NCBI GenBank assembly: GCA_038231135.1
Contig: JBBRLX010000003.1
Span: forward strand, 32,001 to 96,000
Length of the DNA: 64,000 nucleotides
Direction of reading: 5' to 3'
From: Candidatus Eiseniibacteriota bacterium
GTDB taxonomy: Bacteria; Eisenbacteria; RBG-16-71-46
Shown: piece after piece, positions 63,474 to 64,000 of the stretch
Position numbering within the stretch: position 1 is the first letter of the stretch
Layout: the number at the start of each line of letters is the position of its first letter
Program-made: the position numbers and the translations under genes
The notes under the pieces: generated by a model
The model's database searches: none
What the model saw: only the letters and a program-made list of their open reading frames with translations
What the model was told of the DNA's origin: nothing

Positions 63474-64000
63474 CCGCTCCACGTCCCGGTCACGCCGTCG
63501 TGACGCTGCCGGCGCTCGATGTGCGCCGCCGTCCCGATCACGCGAGCGAGCTGCTCAGCCAGCTCCTGATGGGCGAGGTGGTCCGTGCGCTCGACACCGC
63601 CGATCGCGGCCGCTGGTGGCGGATTCGCAATGCCGCCGACGGCTACGCAGGCTGGGTGCGGACCTGGGGCCTGGTGCCGTGCCCCGCCGACCGGGCGCGC
63701 CGCTGGCTCCTGCGCGCGCGGGCGCGGGTGGCGGTCAGCCATGCGGAGATCCGGAGCGCCGCCGGCGACGACAGCGTGGTGAGTCCCGTGTTCTGGAACA
63801 GCCGGCTGATCGTGGGGCCGGCCCGGGGCGGCCGGCGCACGGCCGAGCTGCCCGACGGGCGGCGGGGCGTGCTGGATGCGGCCGTGGTGCGCGTGCGCCC
63901 CGGACCTGCGCTCGCCCTGATGGATCGCGTGCGTGCGCTGTTCGGCATTCCCTACCTGTGGGGCGGCCGCACGCCGATGGGATTCGACTGCTCGGCGCTC
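63470..64000 (+). CDS. SH3 + NlpC/P60 (C40) peptidase, partial (runs off the window)
   Basis: Read by hand: SELLSQLLMGE, DGYAGWV, PYLWGGRTPMGFDCS; ATGA overlap with the GWxTD stop. Confidence 0.87.
   Translation, partial: MTAPRPGHAVVTLPALDVRRRPDHASELLSQLLMGEVVRALDTADRGRWWRIRNAADGYAGWVRTWGLVPCPADRARRWLLRARARVAVSHAEIRSAAGDDSVVSPVFWNSRLIVGPARGGRRTAELPDGRRGVLDAAVVRVRPGPALALMDRVRALFGIPYLWGGRTPMGFDCSAL

Noticed and set aside
83..63482. Many long overlapping or antisense ORFs (e.g. 23982-27431 -, 53967-56975 +, 59103-62111 +, 44492-46942 -)
   Set aside because: Arg/Ala/Gly-rich shadow frames expected at high GC; each overlaps a gene with clear motifs
1..64000. CRISPR arrays, rRNA, retron/DGR or known defence genes
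   Set aside because: No spaced direct-repeat array, rRNA or reverse-transcriptase motif seen; the repeats present are protein-level FG-GAP repeats

Overview
High-GC bacterial window. The gene content (FG-GAP/FlgD-type C-terminal domains, GWxTD proteins, a C25 peptidase, PrsK/PrsR) suggests an FCB-related lineage such as Ca. Eisenbacteria; this is inference. In order it holds: sucB-lpdA-MBL-dedA; an outer-membrane barrel gene divergent from an orphan MalK-type ATPase; an 8-kb minus-strand metal-homeostasis cluster (ArsR, FTR1-DUF2318 fusion, two FtsX-type permeases, an ABC ATPase fused to a DtxR-like metal-binding domain, rhodanese-methyltransferase, DUF4198, HupE/UreJ); a TPR-GWxTD protein; IMPase, UvrD-nuclease fusion and M24 peptidase; a family-5 SBP; a 1587-aa gingipain-like protein; gltX, tRNA-Gln and tRNA-Glu; a decayed island at tRNA-Glu (integrase pseudogene, mini-IS3, IS5 remnant, FG-GAP protein); MacA plus two permeases without an ATPase; a CapD-phosphoglycosyltransferase fusion and a GT4, both with degenerate catalytic motifs, followed by prsK-prsR-dNK; a minor type IV pilin operon with a 991-aa adhesin-like PilW; M23 and M6 peptidases; a second GWxTD protein; and a partial NlpC/P60. 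Best candidates for undescribed systems: (1) the ABC-DtxR/FTR1 metal transporter, (2) the pseudo-enzyme glycan locus with PrsK/PrsR, (3) the PilY1-less pilin operon with a modular giant pilin, (4) four secreted proteins sharing a T9SS-like C-terminal domain. All calls come from reading motifs by eye; no database searches were run.
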